Position numbers and translations under genes: made by a program. DNA of 64,000 nt, taken from positions 121,976 to 185,975 of the forward strand of contig JBBAWM010000001.1 of the NCBI GenBank assembly GCA_040397175.1, given 5' to 3'. Below, piece after piece: positions 50,418 through 59,431 of this stretch (position 1 is the first letter of the stretch; every line of letters starts with the position of its first letter). The notes beneath the pieces were generated by a model, which saw only the letters and a list, made by a program, of their open reading frames with translations, was not told where the DNA came from and ran no database searches. This DNA is from Candidatus Limnocylindrus sp. Its GTDB lineage: Bacteria > Chloroflexota > Limnocylindria > Limnocylindrales > Limnocylindraceae.

Positions 50418-51425
50418 ATGAGCGACGAGAAGCAGCTCCCAGTGCCGAGCGAGAAGGCCAGCACCCCAGTGCCACGGCTCTCGAGCCCGAGCCAGATTCA
50501 AACGCACGGTCTGACCGCCGAACGCGCCGCCAAGATCGTCAACCAGAGCGGCTCTTCGCGCATGGCGGCGTTGCTCGGCATCGCCGTCGTCACGCTCTTC
50601 GTCATCGTGTACGCCTTCTACGACCAGGGCCTCCCCGGCGCCACCGGTTCTTCGAGACTCGACACGGCGAAGCGCGAGCAGTACCTCGAGACAGTGAAGC
50701 GCGGCTACAACCTGTTTGAGGCGAACTGCGCTCGCTGCCACGGCGCACAGGGCCAGGGCGGCATTGGGCCAGTCCTGAACGATCAGGGGAAGCTGCTCGC
50801 GCACCTGACGCCGCAGTACCTGAAGAACGTCCTCACGGTTGGCGGTCGCTACGTATGCGGCAACGCCAATTCGCTGATGGGCGTCTGGGCCGATACCAAT
50901 GGTGGCCCGCTCAACTATCGCGAAATTGAAGAGCTGATCGCCTGGATTCGTGCCACCAACACCGACACCATCGAAGTGCGCGATCCGGCAACTGGCGAGA
51001 TGGTGGCGGTCACCGGCTGGCGCGACGCCGCCTACGCACCTGCACCAGATGCAACGCCAGTGCCAGCCTGCTGGTCAGATGCGTTCGCTGTTTCGCCAAC
51101 GCCGACCGGACCAGCGACGCCAACTCCGTCCATGGCTCCCGGCAGCAGCTACACGATCGTGGCGATGGGGGTGAAGTACGACCTATCGACGCTCACAGTT
51201 GCGGCGGGGAAGGCCTTCAGCATTGTCTTCAACAATCAAGATGCAGGCATCCCACACAACGTTGCCATCCACCAGGGCACGGCAATGGGGACCGAAGTCT
51301 TCAAGGGCGAGATCTTCCCTGGTGTTGGCACGCGCACCTATAGCGTGCCGGCCCTCACCGCCGGAACCTACGCCTTCGTCTGCACGGTGCATCCGAATAT
51401 GGTCGGCACCCTGACGGTGAAGTGA
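50418..51425 (+). CDS. membrane-anchored cytochrome c fused to a type-1 copper cupredoxin
   Basis: TM; CARCH; PHNV...CTVHPNM copper ligands. Confidence 0.88.
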   Translation: MSDEKQLPVPSEKASTPVPRLSSPSQIQTHGLTAERAAKIVNQSGSSRMAALLGIAVVTLFVIVYAFYDQGLPGATGSSRLDTAKREQYLETVKRGYNLFEANCARCHGAQGQGGIGPVLNDQGKLLAHLTPQYLKNVLTVGGRYVCGNANSLMGVWADTNGGPLNYREIEELIAWIRATNTDTIEVRDPATGEMVAVTGWRDAAYAPAPDATPVPACWSDAFAVSPTPTGPATPTPSMAPGSSYTIVAMGVKYDLSTLTVAAGKAFSIVFNNQDAGIPHNVAIHQGTAMGTEVFKGEIFPGVGTRTYSVPALTAGTYAFVCTVHPNMVGTLTVK

Positions 51426-52939
51426 TGGGTGGCAGCAGCGACCCACGCGCACTAGGCCCAGGGGCGGCTGCACCACGTCGTGTCTTGTTTGGCTTGCTCG
51501 ATGCGAATGGCTGGGGCTGGGCAGGGGTCCGCTCCGTGCTCTGGACCCTCGTCATCATCTTGATGCTCGGCTACATCCCAGACCGCGCCTACTACCTCAC
51601 CGTCTCACCAACGGTCGAGCTCGGTCTGAACCTCGCCTCACTCGTGAACATCTGCCCTGCGGAGAATGAGGGGCTGCCATGCCCAGCTCCTGCTGGCGCG
51701 CTGATTCCATGGAAGAGCGCCACCGAGGCCGATCTACCAGGCGACGGCGTGGATGGTTCGCTGCTGCAGGCTGGCGCACATCTGTATTACATCGGTGGAA
51801 CTTCGGGCTCCGCAACGCGCATCGCCACCACCACCGTCTCCGTGGCAACAGTTGATGCCGCAGGGCTCAGTGCCTGGACCGCTGCGGCGCCACTCCCTGA
51901 GGCGCGCGCGCACGCCGCTGTCGCCTTCTTCGCCGGCAAGGCATATGTGATCGGCGGAGCATCAGACACCACCCCCGCAACCGCATCGGTGTACGTGGGT
52001 ACACCTGATGCAACGACGGGGCTGATTACCGCGTGGGTGAAGCTTGATGCACTCGAGCTACCAGCTGCACGTGCTGGCGCATCGGTCACCGTCGTCTCTG
52101 ACGGCATCGTTGTACTCGGTGGCGAGGGGACAGACCGTTCGCCGACCACCACCGTTTGGAAAGCGAAGCTCGGCACCAACGGCGAACTCGAGCCGTGGGC
52201 CGACTTTATGGATCTTCCGGAGCCACGCAGCCACGCCGCCGCAGCGCTCATTGGTGATTCGATTTACGTCTGGGGTGGCAAGGATGTGAACGGCCCAGCC
52301 GCCGAAGCGGTTCGCGGCGACATCGCCGTTGCTCCTGCGGTCGGAGGCCACAGCGCACCGGTCGTAAATCCTGACCAAGGTGATGCCGAGATTGGCACGA
52401 TCTACCGCTGGGATGGAGGACCACAAGAAGGCAACCTGCCAACCCCACGCGACGGCGCTGCGCTGTGGAGCGCCAACGGCACCCTCTACGTCGCGGGCGG
52501 CACGATCGATGGAGCAGCAACGTCAAGCGTGCTGTGGGCAGCGCCAGTCGCCGCAACAGGTTTGACCAAGTGGACATCAGTAGAGCTGAGCGACCTCCCG
52601 GCCGACGGCGCTCGAGTGGGTGCGAGCGGGGTAGTTATTGGTGCGCACGTGATTCTGCTCGGCGGCGCCGATGCTGCTGGCGCGTACAGCGCTGGTGCAC
52701 TCTCTGCCGGCACATCGCTCAAGGCGCCGGTCTTTCGTGTTGGCCTCTTCGGCCTCACGGTGCCAGGACTGGCACTCCAGGGTGAAGTTGGTCAGCAGAT
52801 CGGCTTCCTCTCCGCCGCAGGGGCCTGGACCCTCAACTTCGTGATCATGCTCGGCGCCGCCGTGGCATATAGCCAGCGCGAGCGCTTTCGTGCGTGGGTC
52901 GGCGCAAAGCTTGGCCGCAAGGGCGCATCCGCTCGCTAG
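51425..52939 (+). CDS. membrane-anchored Kelch-repeat beta-propeller protein
   Basis: Six hhhGG..W..LP..R repeats; N- and C-terminal TMs; TGATG coupling to the upstream gene. Confidence 0.8.
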   Translation: MGGSSDPRALGPGAAAPRRVLFGLLDANGWGWAGVRSVLWTLVIILMLGYIPDRAYYLTVSPTVELGLNLASLVNICPAENEGLPCPAPAGALIPWKSATEADLPGDGVDGSLLQAGAHLYYIGGTSGSATRIATTTVSVATVDAAGLSAWTAAAPLPEARAHAAVAFFAGKAYVIGGASDTTPATASVYVGTPDATTGLITAWVKLDALELPAARAGASVTVVSDGIVVLGGEGTDRSPTTTVWKAKLGTNGELEPWADFMDLPEPRSHAAAALIGDSIYVWGGKDVNGPAAEAVRGDIAVAPAVGGHSAPVVNPDQGDAEIGTIYRWDGGPQEGNLPTPRDGAALWSANGTLYVAGGTIDGAATSSVLWAAPVAATGLTKWTSVELSDLPADGARVGASGVVIGAHVILLGGADAAGAYSAGALSAGTSLKAPVFRVGLFGLTVPGLALQGEVGQQIGFLSAAGAWTLNFVIMLGAAVAYSQRERFRAWVGAKLGRKGASAR

Positions 52940-53014
52940 CTCACAACCCTCTACCTTCACGCTGCGCGGCGGGCTATGTAGAGAGGTAACTTCTCCCACG
53001 ATACGATCCCGCGG

Positions 53015-54136
53015 ATGCGATCACCATTGCAAACGTCATATCGAATTGTTTGGGGCCTTAACGCGGCGCTTGTAGCGGTATCTTTGACCCTAGCCCCCGC
53101 AGCAGCTCTTGCGACGAATCCAACAATCTCAGACCCTGGAATGCGCAGCGTGCCCAGCCTCTCGAGCCCGGTGCAGGTATGGCTCAAGGACACAACTCCG
53201 CTGACGGGCCTCACGGGAGAAATCAAAGTCGTTGCCTCGTGTGGGGCGCGCGACACTGACTGCACGCTCGCCATCAGCGTCATCACCAACCTAACTGCCG
53301 CCGTTGGGTACGAATCGAGCGCCTGGCTCACTGGCGCATCAGAGATCGGATTTGTCGGCACACAATCAGCGGTCAATGCTGCGCTAGCCTCGATGAGTGT
53401 TGCGTTAAGCGCTGCCAAGACGACTACTGTAGTCGTGAACGCCACGGCTGCAAATGTCTCAGCTCTCACACTTGACGATGGCACCCATTACTACGAGTTT
53501 GTGACCGCCGACGGCGATGTCAACTGGCTCGAAGCCCGCGCGAATGCCCTTACCCACACACTGAATGGTCTCAACGGCTATCTCGCGAGTGTTACATCTC
53601 AGACCGAAAGCGATTTCGTTGCGAGTCGGGTTGGTTCTACGGAGGCATGGCTTGGTGGCAACGATATTGATACAGAAGGGACATGGGTTTGGGCTGACGC
53701 GCCGGAGACGGATCCGTTCTTCATCTCTGGGCCCTGCGCGATAGGATTACACGGGACATGCAGTTTAAATGGCGCTGATCACTTCAACTTTTGGAGCGCG
53801 GGTGAGCCGAACAATACTGGCGCCAATGAGGATGCGCTCCAGGTCTTATTTGGGGGATCGGGGGTCTGGAACGACATTCAGGCAGGTGGCACTGGGATTT
53901 GGACACTCCCATACGTCGTTGAATACTCAGGTGGCCCAGCTGGGGGCGGTATCGATAGCGCCTCGCGCTCTTTTGCTGTGTATGCCGCTTCACCCCGCGC
54001 TTCACCCAGTACACCCCCCACAGACCTTCCTAGTACCAGCCGAAACGGCCTGGGCGTGCCGCCGATCGCACTCGCCATCCTCGCGCTTTCTGCACTTGTT
54101 GTAGGGGCGCAGATTCGACGAACAACCGCCCGCTAG
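53015..54136 (+). CDS. surface protein with C-type lectin-like domain
   Basis: HYYEFV, W..A, GYLASVTS..E, WLGG.D..EG.W.W, W..GEPNN and WND motifs; PPTD, TM and basic tail. Confidence 0.75.
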   Translation: MRSPLQTSYRIVWGLNAALVAVSLTLAPAAALATNPTISDPGMRSVPSLSSPVQVWLKDTTPLTGLTGEIKVVASCGARDTDCTLAISVITNLTAAVGYESSAWLTGASEIGFVGTQSAVNAALASMSVALSAAKTTTVVVNATAANVSALTLDDGTHYYEFVTADGDVNWLEARANALTHTLNGLNGYLASVTSQTESDFVASRVGSTEAWLGGNDIDTEGTWVWADAPETDPFFISGPCAIGLHGTCSLNGADHFNFWSAGEPNNTGANEDALQVLFGGSGVWNDIQAGGTGIWTLPYVVEYSGGPAGGGIDSASRSFAVYAASPRASPSTPPTDLPSTSRNGLGVPPIALAILALSALVVGAQIRRTTAR

Positions 54137-54195
54137 CCCTATCGCCACCCTATACTTCCGCGAAACACCTGCCCGGGTGTGAAGTAGGAGGAAAC

Positions 54196-54870
54196 ATGAA
54201 TACAGCAACCGCAAAGCGCCTCTTCGGCATCAACGCCCTGTTTGCATGGTTCGGCTACGCAGTAGCCGAGATCACCAACATTTTGCAGCTCGTACCACCT
54301 GAAGAGCGCTACGTACCAAGCTCACACATGTTCGGCGGCAGTGCCGACGGGCTCGCCGGGGCGATCGGTCGCGTCTTTGACTCGCACGGCTACTTCACCA
54401 CCTGGTCAAACATTGCCGTGGCCGTGACGTTGACGATGCTCTATCGGAATCCACAGCGAGTTGGGCGCGTCTTCGATTGGTTGCGCAATACTGGACTCCT
54501 CATGATCACCATGACGATGGTGCTCTACCACCTGCTCCTCGCAGGGGGGGCGAACCCACAGGGACCGTACGCAGTGTCAAATCTCTTTGAGCATTACCTC
54601 ACGCCGATCATCACGATCCTCGTATGGGGGATCGCAGGTCCACGTGGCCGATTCCCATTCGGCGACACCTTCCGCGTCTTTATCATTCCGATCGCCTACC
54701 TGGCCTACACCCTGGTGCATGGCGCGATCGCTTCGGTCTACCCGTATCCATTTTTTAACGTGGCTGAGCTCGGTTATGAATTTGTACTTACTCAGATGGG
54801 CAAGATTATTGTGGAAGGGTACGTAGTCGCGCTGGTCTACTTTGGCGTCGGGAAGCTGCGCAGTCGTTGA
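54196..54870 (+). CDS. Pr6Pr / FAR-17a-AIG1-like membrane protein
   Basis: YFTTWSN, H..TP and YPYPF motifs; 6 TMs; AGGAGG RBS. Confidence 0.75.
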   Translation: MNTATAKRLFGINALFAWFGYAVAEITNILQLVPPEERYVPSSHMFGGSADGLAGAIGRVFDSHGYFTTWSNIAVAVTLTMLYRNPQRVGRVFDWLRNTGLLMITMTMVLYHLLLAGGANPQGPYAVSNLFEHYLTPIITILVWGIAGPRGRFPFGDTFRVFIIPIAYLAYTLVHGAIASVYPYPFFNVAELGYEFVLTQMGKIIVEGYVVALVYFGVGKLRSR

Positions 54871-54886
54871 TCTAATCCGAAGCGTC

Positions 54887-54961
54887 TGGTGAGCCGAGCG
54901 GGGTTCGAACCCGCGACCAAGGGTTTAAAAGACCCCTGCTCTACCGCTGAGCTACCGGCCC
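54887..54961 (-). tRNA. tRNA-Lys(TTT)
   Basis: Reverse complement reads GGGCCGG...GGGGT-CTTTTAA-ACCCT...TTCGAAC...CCA. Confidence 0.96.
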
Positions 54962-55019
54962 GCGCAGATTCTCCCACGACGGGGCGCGTTGCGAGCCGCA
55001 GGCGTGGGAGAATACGGCC

Positions 55020-55517
55020 ATGAGGCGCTCATGGACGATTGACGCGGCAACGAAGGAGTTGGCCGGGCTGCGCCCGATCATCGCCCTCCTCCGCGACCAG
55101 CGCATCCAACTGGAGCGCATGAAAGATGACCTGCTCCGCCTCCGCCGCCTCGAGCGCATGGGCGCGCTGCCGGGTGGCGCTGATCAGAATCAGCTGCAGC
55201 CCGCCGACCTTGACCCAGCGCTCCGCGACGCGCTCGCGAGCAGCTCCGTTCTGGAGATGCGCATTCGGGCGGCGGTGGATCAGATGCAGGCGAGCGTCGA
55301 CCGAGTCACTGGCCGCGGCGTAGAGCTGCGCGACATCGACAGGGGCCTCATCGACTTCCCAGCGATCGCCTTCGGACTCCCGTTCCTCCTCTGCTGGGAG
55401 GAGGGAGACGGCGACGAGGTGCTCTTCGCACACAACATGGGCGACGGCTACGGTTCGCGCCTGCCCGTCGCCGAGCTCCTGCGTCGCCTCGCCGCACAGG
55501 CCGAGGGCGAGCGGTAG
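55020..55517 (+). CDS. DUF2203-family protein
   Basis: GVELRDIDRGLIDFP, LCWEEG and H...GY..R.P motifs. Confidence 0.8.
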   Translation: MRRSWTIDAATKELAGLRPIIALLRDQRIQLERMKDDLLRLRRLERMGALPGGADQNQLQPADLDPALRDALASSSVLEMRIRAAVDQMQASVDRVTGRGVELRDIDRGLIDFPAIAFGLPFLLCWEEGDGDEVLFAHNMGDGYGSRLPVAELLRRLAAQAEGER

Positions 55518-55846
55518 TGGGCGACCTCCCGCTGACACTTACCCCCGCAGAGGCAGCGGCACTCCTTGCTGGACCTGATGCACCGCTCCTGATTGATGTT
55601 CGTGAAGAGTCGGAGTGGAACGAGGTGCACATCCCTGGTGCCATCCTCATTCCGCTCTCGCAGTTTATGGCGCGCCAAGACGAGATCCCTGCAGGTCGAG
55701 CGCTGATCATGCAGTGCCGATCGGGTGGCCGTTCAGGTCAGGCGGCGCTGGCGCTGCGCACCGCCGGCCGCGGCAACGTTGCAAACCTCGCAGGCGGCAT
55801 TACCGACTGGGAGGCCGCAGGGCTGCCAGTTACCTACGGGGAATAA
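55517..55846 (+). CDS. rhodanese-like protein
   Basis: IDVRE..EW...HIPGA, CRSGGRS and LAGG..W motifs. Confidence 0.9.
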   Translation: MGDLPLTLTPAEAAALLAGPDAPLLIDVREESEWNEVHIPGAILIPLSQFMARQDEIPAGRALIMQCRSGGRSGQAALALRTAGRGNVANLAGGITDWEAAGLPVTYGE

Positions 55847-55889
55847 GCTGCGCATTTGACGATTTGCCCCGCGCTGCCGATACTTCGCG

Positions 55890-55964
55890 AGCGGGGTGGA
55901 GCAGTGGCAGCTCGTCGGGCTCATAACCCGAAGGTCGGTGGTTCGAATCCATCCCCCGCAACCA
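55890..55964 (+). tRNA. initiator tRNA-fMet(CAT)
   Basis: Anticodon arm TCGGG-CTCATAA-CCCGA with three G-C pairs; unpaired 1:72; CCA end. Confidence 0.95.
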
Positions 55965-55997
55965 ATACAACTTCAACCCCGTATCGGGGCACGTCCA

Positions 55998-56519
55998 CTA
56001 TGGGCCGTCGGCAAATTTGGCGATCTCGGCAACGCTGGTGAATGGGCCGACGCGGTAGTCGAGCACTACGCCGTTTGCGTCGAGGAGCAGGGTGAGCGGT
56101 GCTGCATTCACTGGCACCTGTGCAGCAATTGCGCCATCGGCGTCAATGAGTGTTGTCCACGTCGCGCCAAGCTCAGTCGCGGCTGCGGTCGCTGGCCCAA
56201 CCGAATCCTTGTAGAGCACTCCGAGCACCGTTGCCCCAGGGGCGAAACTTGCGCTGTAGTCGAAGAGGAGAGGAATCTCGTCACGGCAGGGGATGCACCA
56301 GCTTGCCCAGAAGTTCAGCAGGATGTGCTGGCTCCCACCCCCACCGTTTGGCCAGGTGGTGATAGTGGCTGTAGGGTCGCTGAGCGGGTGCGCCTCACCG
56401 ATGCGCATCGTTCGGCCGATGAGGTTGTCGCTGCTCGGCGCTGTGCCGTTGCAGGCGACGATCAGACTCGCGATAAGGAGCATGGCGGCGGCGCGGCGGA
56501 TGCGCGCCAAGCCGATCAC
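55998..56519 (-). CDS. TlpA/ResA-like disulfide reductase lipoprotein
   Basis: LNFWASWCIPCRDE motif; lipobox IVAC; GTGA overlap with the upstream gene. Confidence 0.85.
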   Translation of the reverse strand: MIGLARIRRAAAMLLIASLIVACNGTAPSSDNLIGRTMRIGEAHPLSDPTATITTWPNGGGGSQHILLNFWASWCIPCRDEIPLLFDYSASFAPGATVLGVLYKDSVGPATAAATELGATWTTLIDADGAIAAQVPVNAAPLTLLLDANGVVLDYRVGPFTSVAEIAKFADGP

Positions 56520-57601
56520 TGGACGACGATCGCCCCCAGCATGTTCGGGTGCACGGTGCAAACGAAGACGTAGGTCTTCCCCGCGGTGAGGGAGGGAATG
56601 TCGTAGGTGCGATCATCGACGCCGTTGAAGATCTCGCCCTGATAGACCTCGGGGCCCGTGCCACTCTCTTCGTGAATGGCCACGTTGTGTGGGATTCCCG
56701 CATCCTTATTGAAGAAGTGAATGGTGAACGGCGCTCCGGCCGGCACCGTGATGGACGCCGTTTCATAGGCGACAAGTTGCGCGCAGATCGTGACGGTCGC
56801 CGTGCCACCCTCAGCACAGGCAACCGGCTCACCGCTCGGCGATGGACTCGCGTCACTCCCGCCGATGATGCCCGCCTGCGAGCCGGCAAAGAACAGAAAG
56901 GCGAGGCTAAAGAGCGCAATCGCAAATCGTGGCGCCTTTCGTGGCGTTGGGTTAACGAGATGCCCCGTGGTGTCGGCTTCAGCCGTTGCGCGGTACTCGC
57001 GGCCGGCGTCGTATAGCCAACCGATCAACGCGAGCGCCGTCATGAGCGTGCCAAGCAGGGCGAATTCGAGTCCAACGGCAACACCGAAGAGCATCACGGC
57101 GGCACCGGCGCTCACCAAGAGCGGCAGGAGTGATGGTGGTGGCAGGTGCACCCCTTCTGGTGGACCGCTCGGCGCTGCAGCGACGGCAGGTTCATCAGCG
57201 CGCAGTGCCATCGCTGAGCCTGCGCCGAGTGTGTCGTACTCGCGGACCGCCTCGCGGCCCCAGGCAACGAGTGCCACGACGAAGAGCAGCGCCGACACGG
57301 CGAGCGCTGGACCACCGAGGGCGACAGAGAAGAAGAGCGTTGCTGAGGCCGCTGAGATGAGGAACGGCGCGAGGCTTGGCCCTGGCAGGTGAATGCCCGT
57401 TGGCACCTGCGGTTTCCGAATCGGCATGCCAATGCGGCGAGGGCCGGCGCGGCGGAAACGCCAGAAGGTCCAGCCGTAGAAGGCCACGACCAGGAGCAGA
57501 ACGCCGAGTGGAATGAGTTTGATGAGCGCGCCCCAATCAGGGGCAACAAATGGCCCAAGGAGTGAGATCACCCACTCAAGAAGGGAGCGGAGAAACTCCA
57601 T
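56516..57601 (-). CDS. membrane protein with two CtaF-like HLPxPS-TM-TM repeats and a C-terminal cupredoxin
   Basis: GIHLPGPSLAP and GVHLPPPSLLP; PHNV...CTVHPNM. Confidence 0.75.
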   Translation of the reverse strand: MEFLRSLLEWVISLLGPFVAPDWGALIKLIPLGVLLLVVAFYGWTFWRFRRAGPRRIGMPIRKPQVPTGIHLPGPSLAPFLISAASATLFFSVALGGPALAVSALLFVVALVAWGREAVREYDTLGAGSAMALRADEPAVAAAPSGPPEGVHLPPPSLLPLLVSAGAAVMLFGVAVGLEFALLGTLMTALALIGWLYDAGREYRATAEADTTGHLVNPTPRKAPRFAIALFSLAFLFFAGSQAGIIGGSDASPSPSGEPVACAEGGTATVTICAQLVAYETASITVPAGAPFTIHFFNKDAGIPHNVAIHEESGTGPEVYQGEIFNGVDDRTYDIPSLTAGKTYVFVCTVHPNMLGAIVVQ

Positions 57602-57616
57602 ACGACCTAGGTTTCC

Positions 57617-57781
57617 TTAGGCGTCGGTGTTCATCGCGTGGATCAAGATCAGCGTCATCGTTGCCATCGCAATTCCCAGGGCGAAGAGGAGCACGGCTCC
57701 CTGAAGATCGTTCGAGACGAAAAGATAGATGGCGCCGATGGTCACGAAGAGGAGGCCAAACGCGTAGGCGAACTTGTTCAT
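57617..57781 (-). CDS. 54-aa two-TM small protein, CtaF N-half-like (absent from the ORF track)
   Basis: GGGAGG RBS, then MNKFAYAFGLLFVTIGAIYLFVSNDLQGAVLLFALGIAMATMTLILIHAMNTDA*. Confidence 0.7.
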   Translation of the reverse strand: MNKFAYAFGLLFVTIGAIYLFVSNDLQGAVLLFALGIAMATMTLILIHAMNTDA

Positions 57782-57875
57782 GGCTAGACCTCCCTTTCGC
57801 CCTGTGGGCTCAACCTTGGTGCTCGGTTGATTGTAGCGCCGCCCAAAAAACCACGAACTGGACGAAGATGCGGGT

Positions 57876-58820
57876 ATGACGCATCTGCTGCTGGTCCCGA
57901 CTCATGGGGCGACCCCGCCTGAGCTCTCACTGGAGGCACTCCTCTACTGGGCCTGGCCGCCCCTTGTCACGATCGCCGTTGTGGTGATCAGCCTCCTCTG
58001 GGTGCGAGCGATCCGCCAGGTGGCTCGGGAACATCCGGGGAACCCGTATCCGCGCCGTCGCACCGTCAGCCTTGCAGCCGCCTTGGTACTCCTACTCCTA
58101 GCGCTGCAGTCAGGTATCGAGCGATACGACACGACTCTTTTCTCGATGCACATGATTCAGCACCTGATCCTGCTCTTCCCCGTGCCCATCCTGCTGCTGC
58201 AGTCGGGTCCGGTAACGCTCCTCCTCCGTGTCGCCTCACCACGCTGGCGTGCGCGCGTCCTTCGCGTCATGCAGAGCCGAGTCGTAGGAGTGATCAGCCA
58301 TCCACTTGTCGGCTGGACACTGCTGGTCGCCGTGATGTGGGGGACGCATCTCTCGATCTTGTTTGACGCGGCGCTTGAGGAGCCGTTTATTCACGACATC
58401 GAGCACTCACTCTATCTAGTCACCGCCCTCCTCTTCTGGGCGCCAATCTTCTCGGTCGACCCGATCCGGCACCGCCTGCGCGGCGCCGGCGCGCTGATCT
58501 ATCTCATTGCTCAGATGCCGCAGAACAGCTTCCTCGGCGTGGCGATCATGTGGTCAACGACGCCGCTCTATCCGCACTACGTCACGCTGCAGCGCGCCTG
58601 GGGGCCGTCCCCGCTCGAGGATCAGCAGCTCGCGGGCGCAATCATGTGGCTCGTTGGCGACGCGCTCTTCTTGGCTGCGATCTTCGTCGTACTGGCGGCG
58701 CTGGCGAAGTCTGAGGAGCGCCCAGAATCACGATACGATGAGGCGCAGACGGCGGCGGCGATTATCGAGATCCGCCGACGAGAGGTGCTCCTGGCGGAGC
58801 GGAAGAGGAGCGAAGAGTGA
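57876..58820 (+). CDS. ctaG: cytochrome c oxidase assembly factor, caa3 CtaG-type
   Basis: LFSMHMIQHL, HDIEH and DQQLAGAIMW motifs. Confidence 0.85.
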   Translation: MTHLLLVPTHGATPPELSLEALLYWAWPPLVTIAVVVISLLWVRAIRQVAREHPGNPYPRRRTVSLAAALVLLLLALQSGIERYDTTLFSMHMIQHLILLFPVPILLLQSGPVTLLLRVASPRWRARVLRVMQSRVVGVISHPLVGWTLLVAVMWGTHLSILFDAALEEPFIHDIEHSLYLVTALLFWAPIFSVDPIRHRLRGAGALIYLIAQMPQNSFLGVAIMWSTTPLYPHYVTLQRAWGPSPLEDQQLAGAIMWLVGDALFLAAIFVVLAALAKSEERPESRYDEAQTAAAIIEIRRREVLLAERKRSEE

Positions 58821-59059
58821 GCGTGGCAATTGATCCGGTCTGCGGCATGGAGGTGACAATCGCCCCTGACGCCCTCACCACCTCGATCGAAGTCGCGGGG
58901 CTCCCCGTTGCTGGTCAGGCCGACCGCCATCGTGGCGCGCTCGACGTGAGCGCCCCTGGGCAGGAGCGCTTCTACTTCTGCGGGCGCGGCTGCCTCCTCG
59001 ACTTCCAGGACGACCCCAGCCCCTTTCTAGACGCGGGGTATCAGCCCTCGGGGATGTAG
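58817..59059 (+). CDS. YHS-domain protein
   Basis: DPVCGM...FYFCGRGC...F..DP. Confidence 0.75.
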   Translation: MSVAIDPVCGMEVTIAPDALTTSIEVAGLPVAGQADRHRGALDVSAPGQERFYFCGRGCLLDFQDDPSPFLDAGYQPSGM

Positions 59060-59133
59060 GGCAAGTCGGGCGGGAAGTGGTACCTTCTCGCGCACAGGTC
59101 CCCACAAGGGGATAGCAGAGAGGAGCGCACACC

Positions 59134-59421
<288 letters not shown>

Positions 59422-59431
59422 GGCGGGCGCC

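Noticed and set aside
55896-56573. 225-aa plus-strand ORF
   Set aside because: It starts inside tRNA-fMet and is antisense to the TlpA gene.
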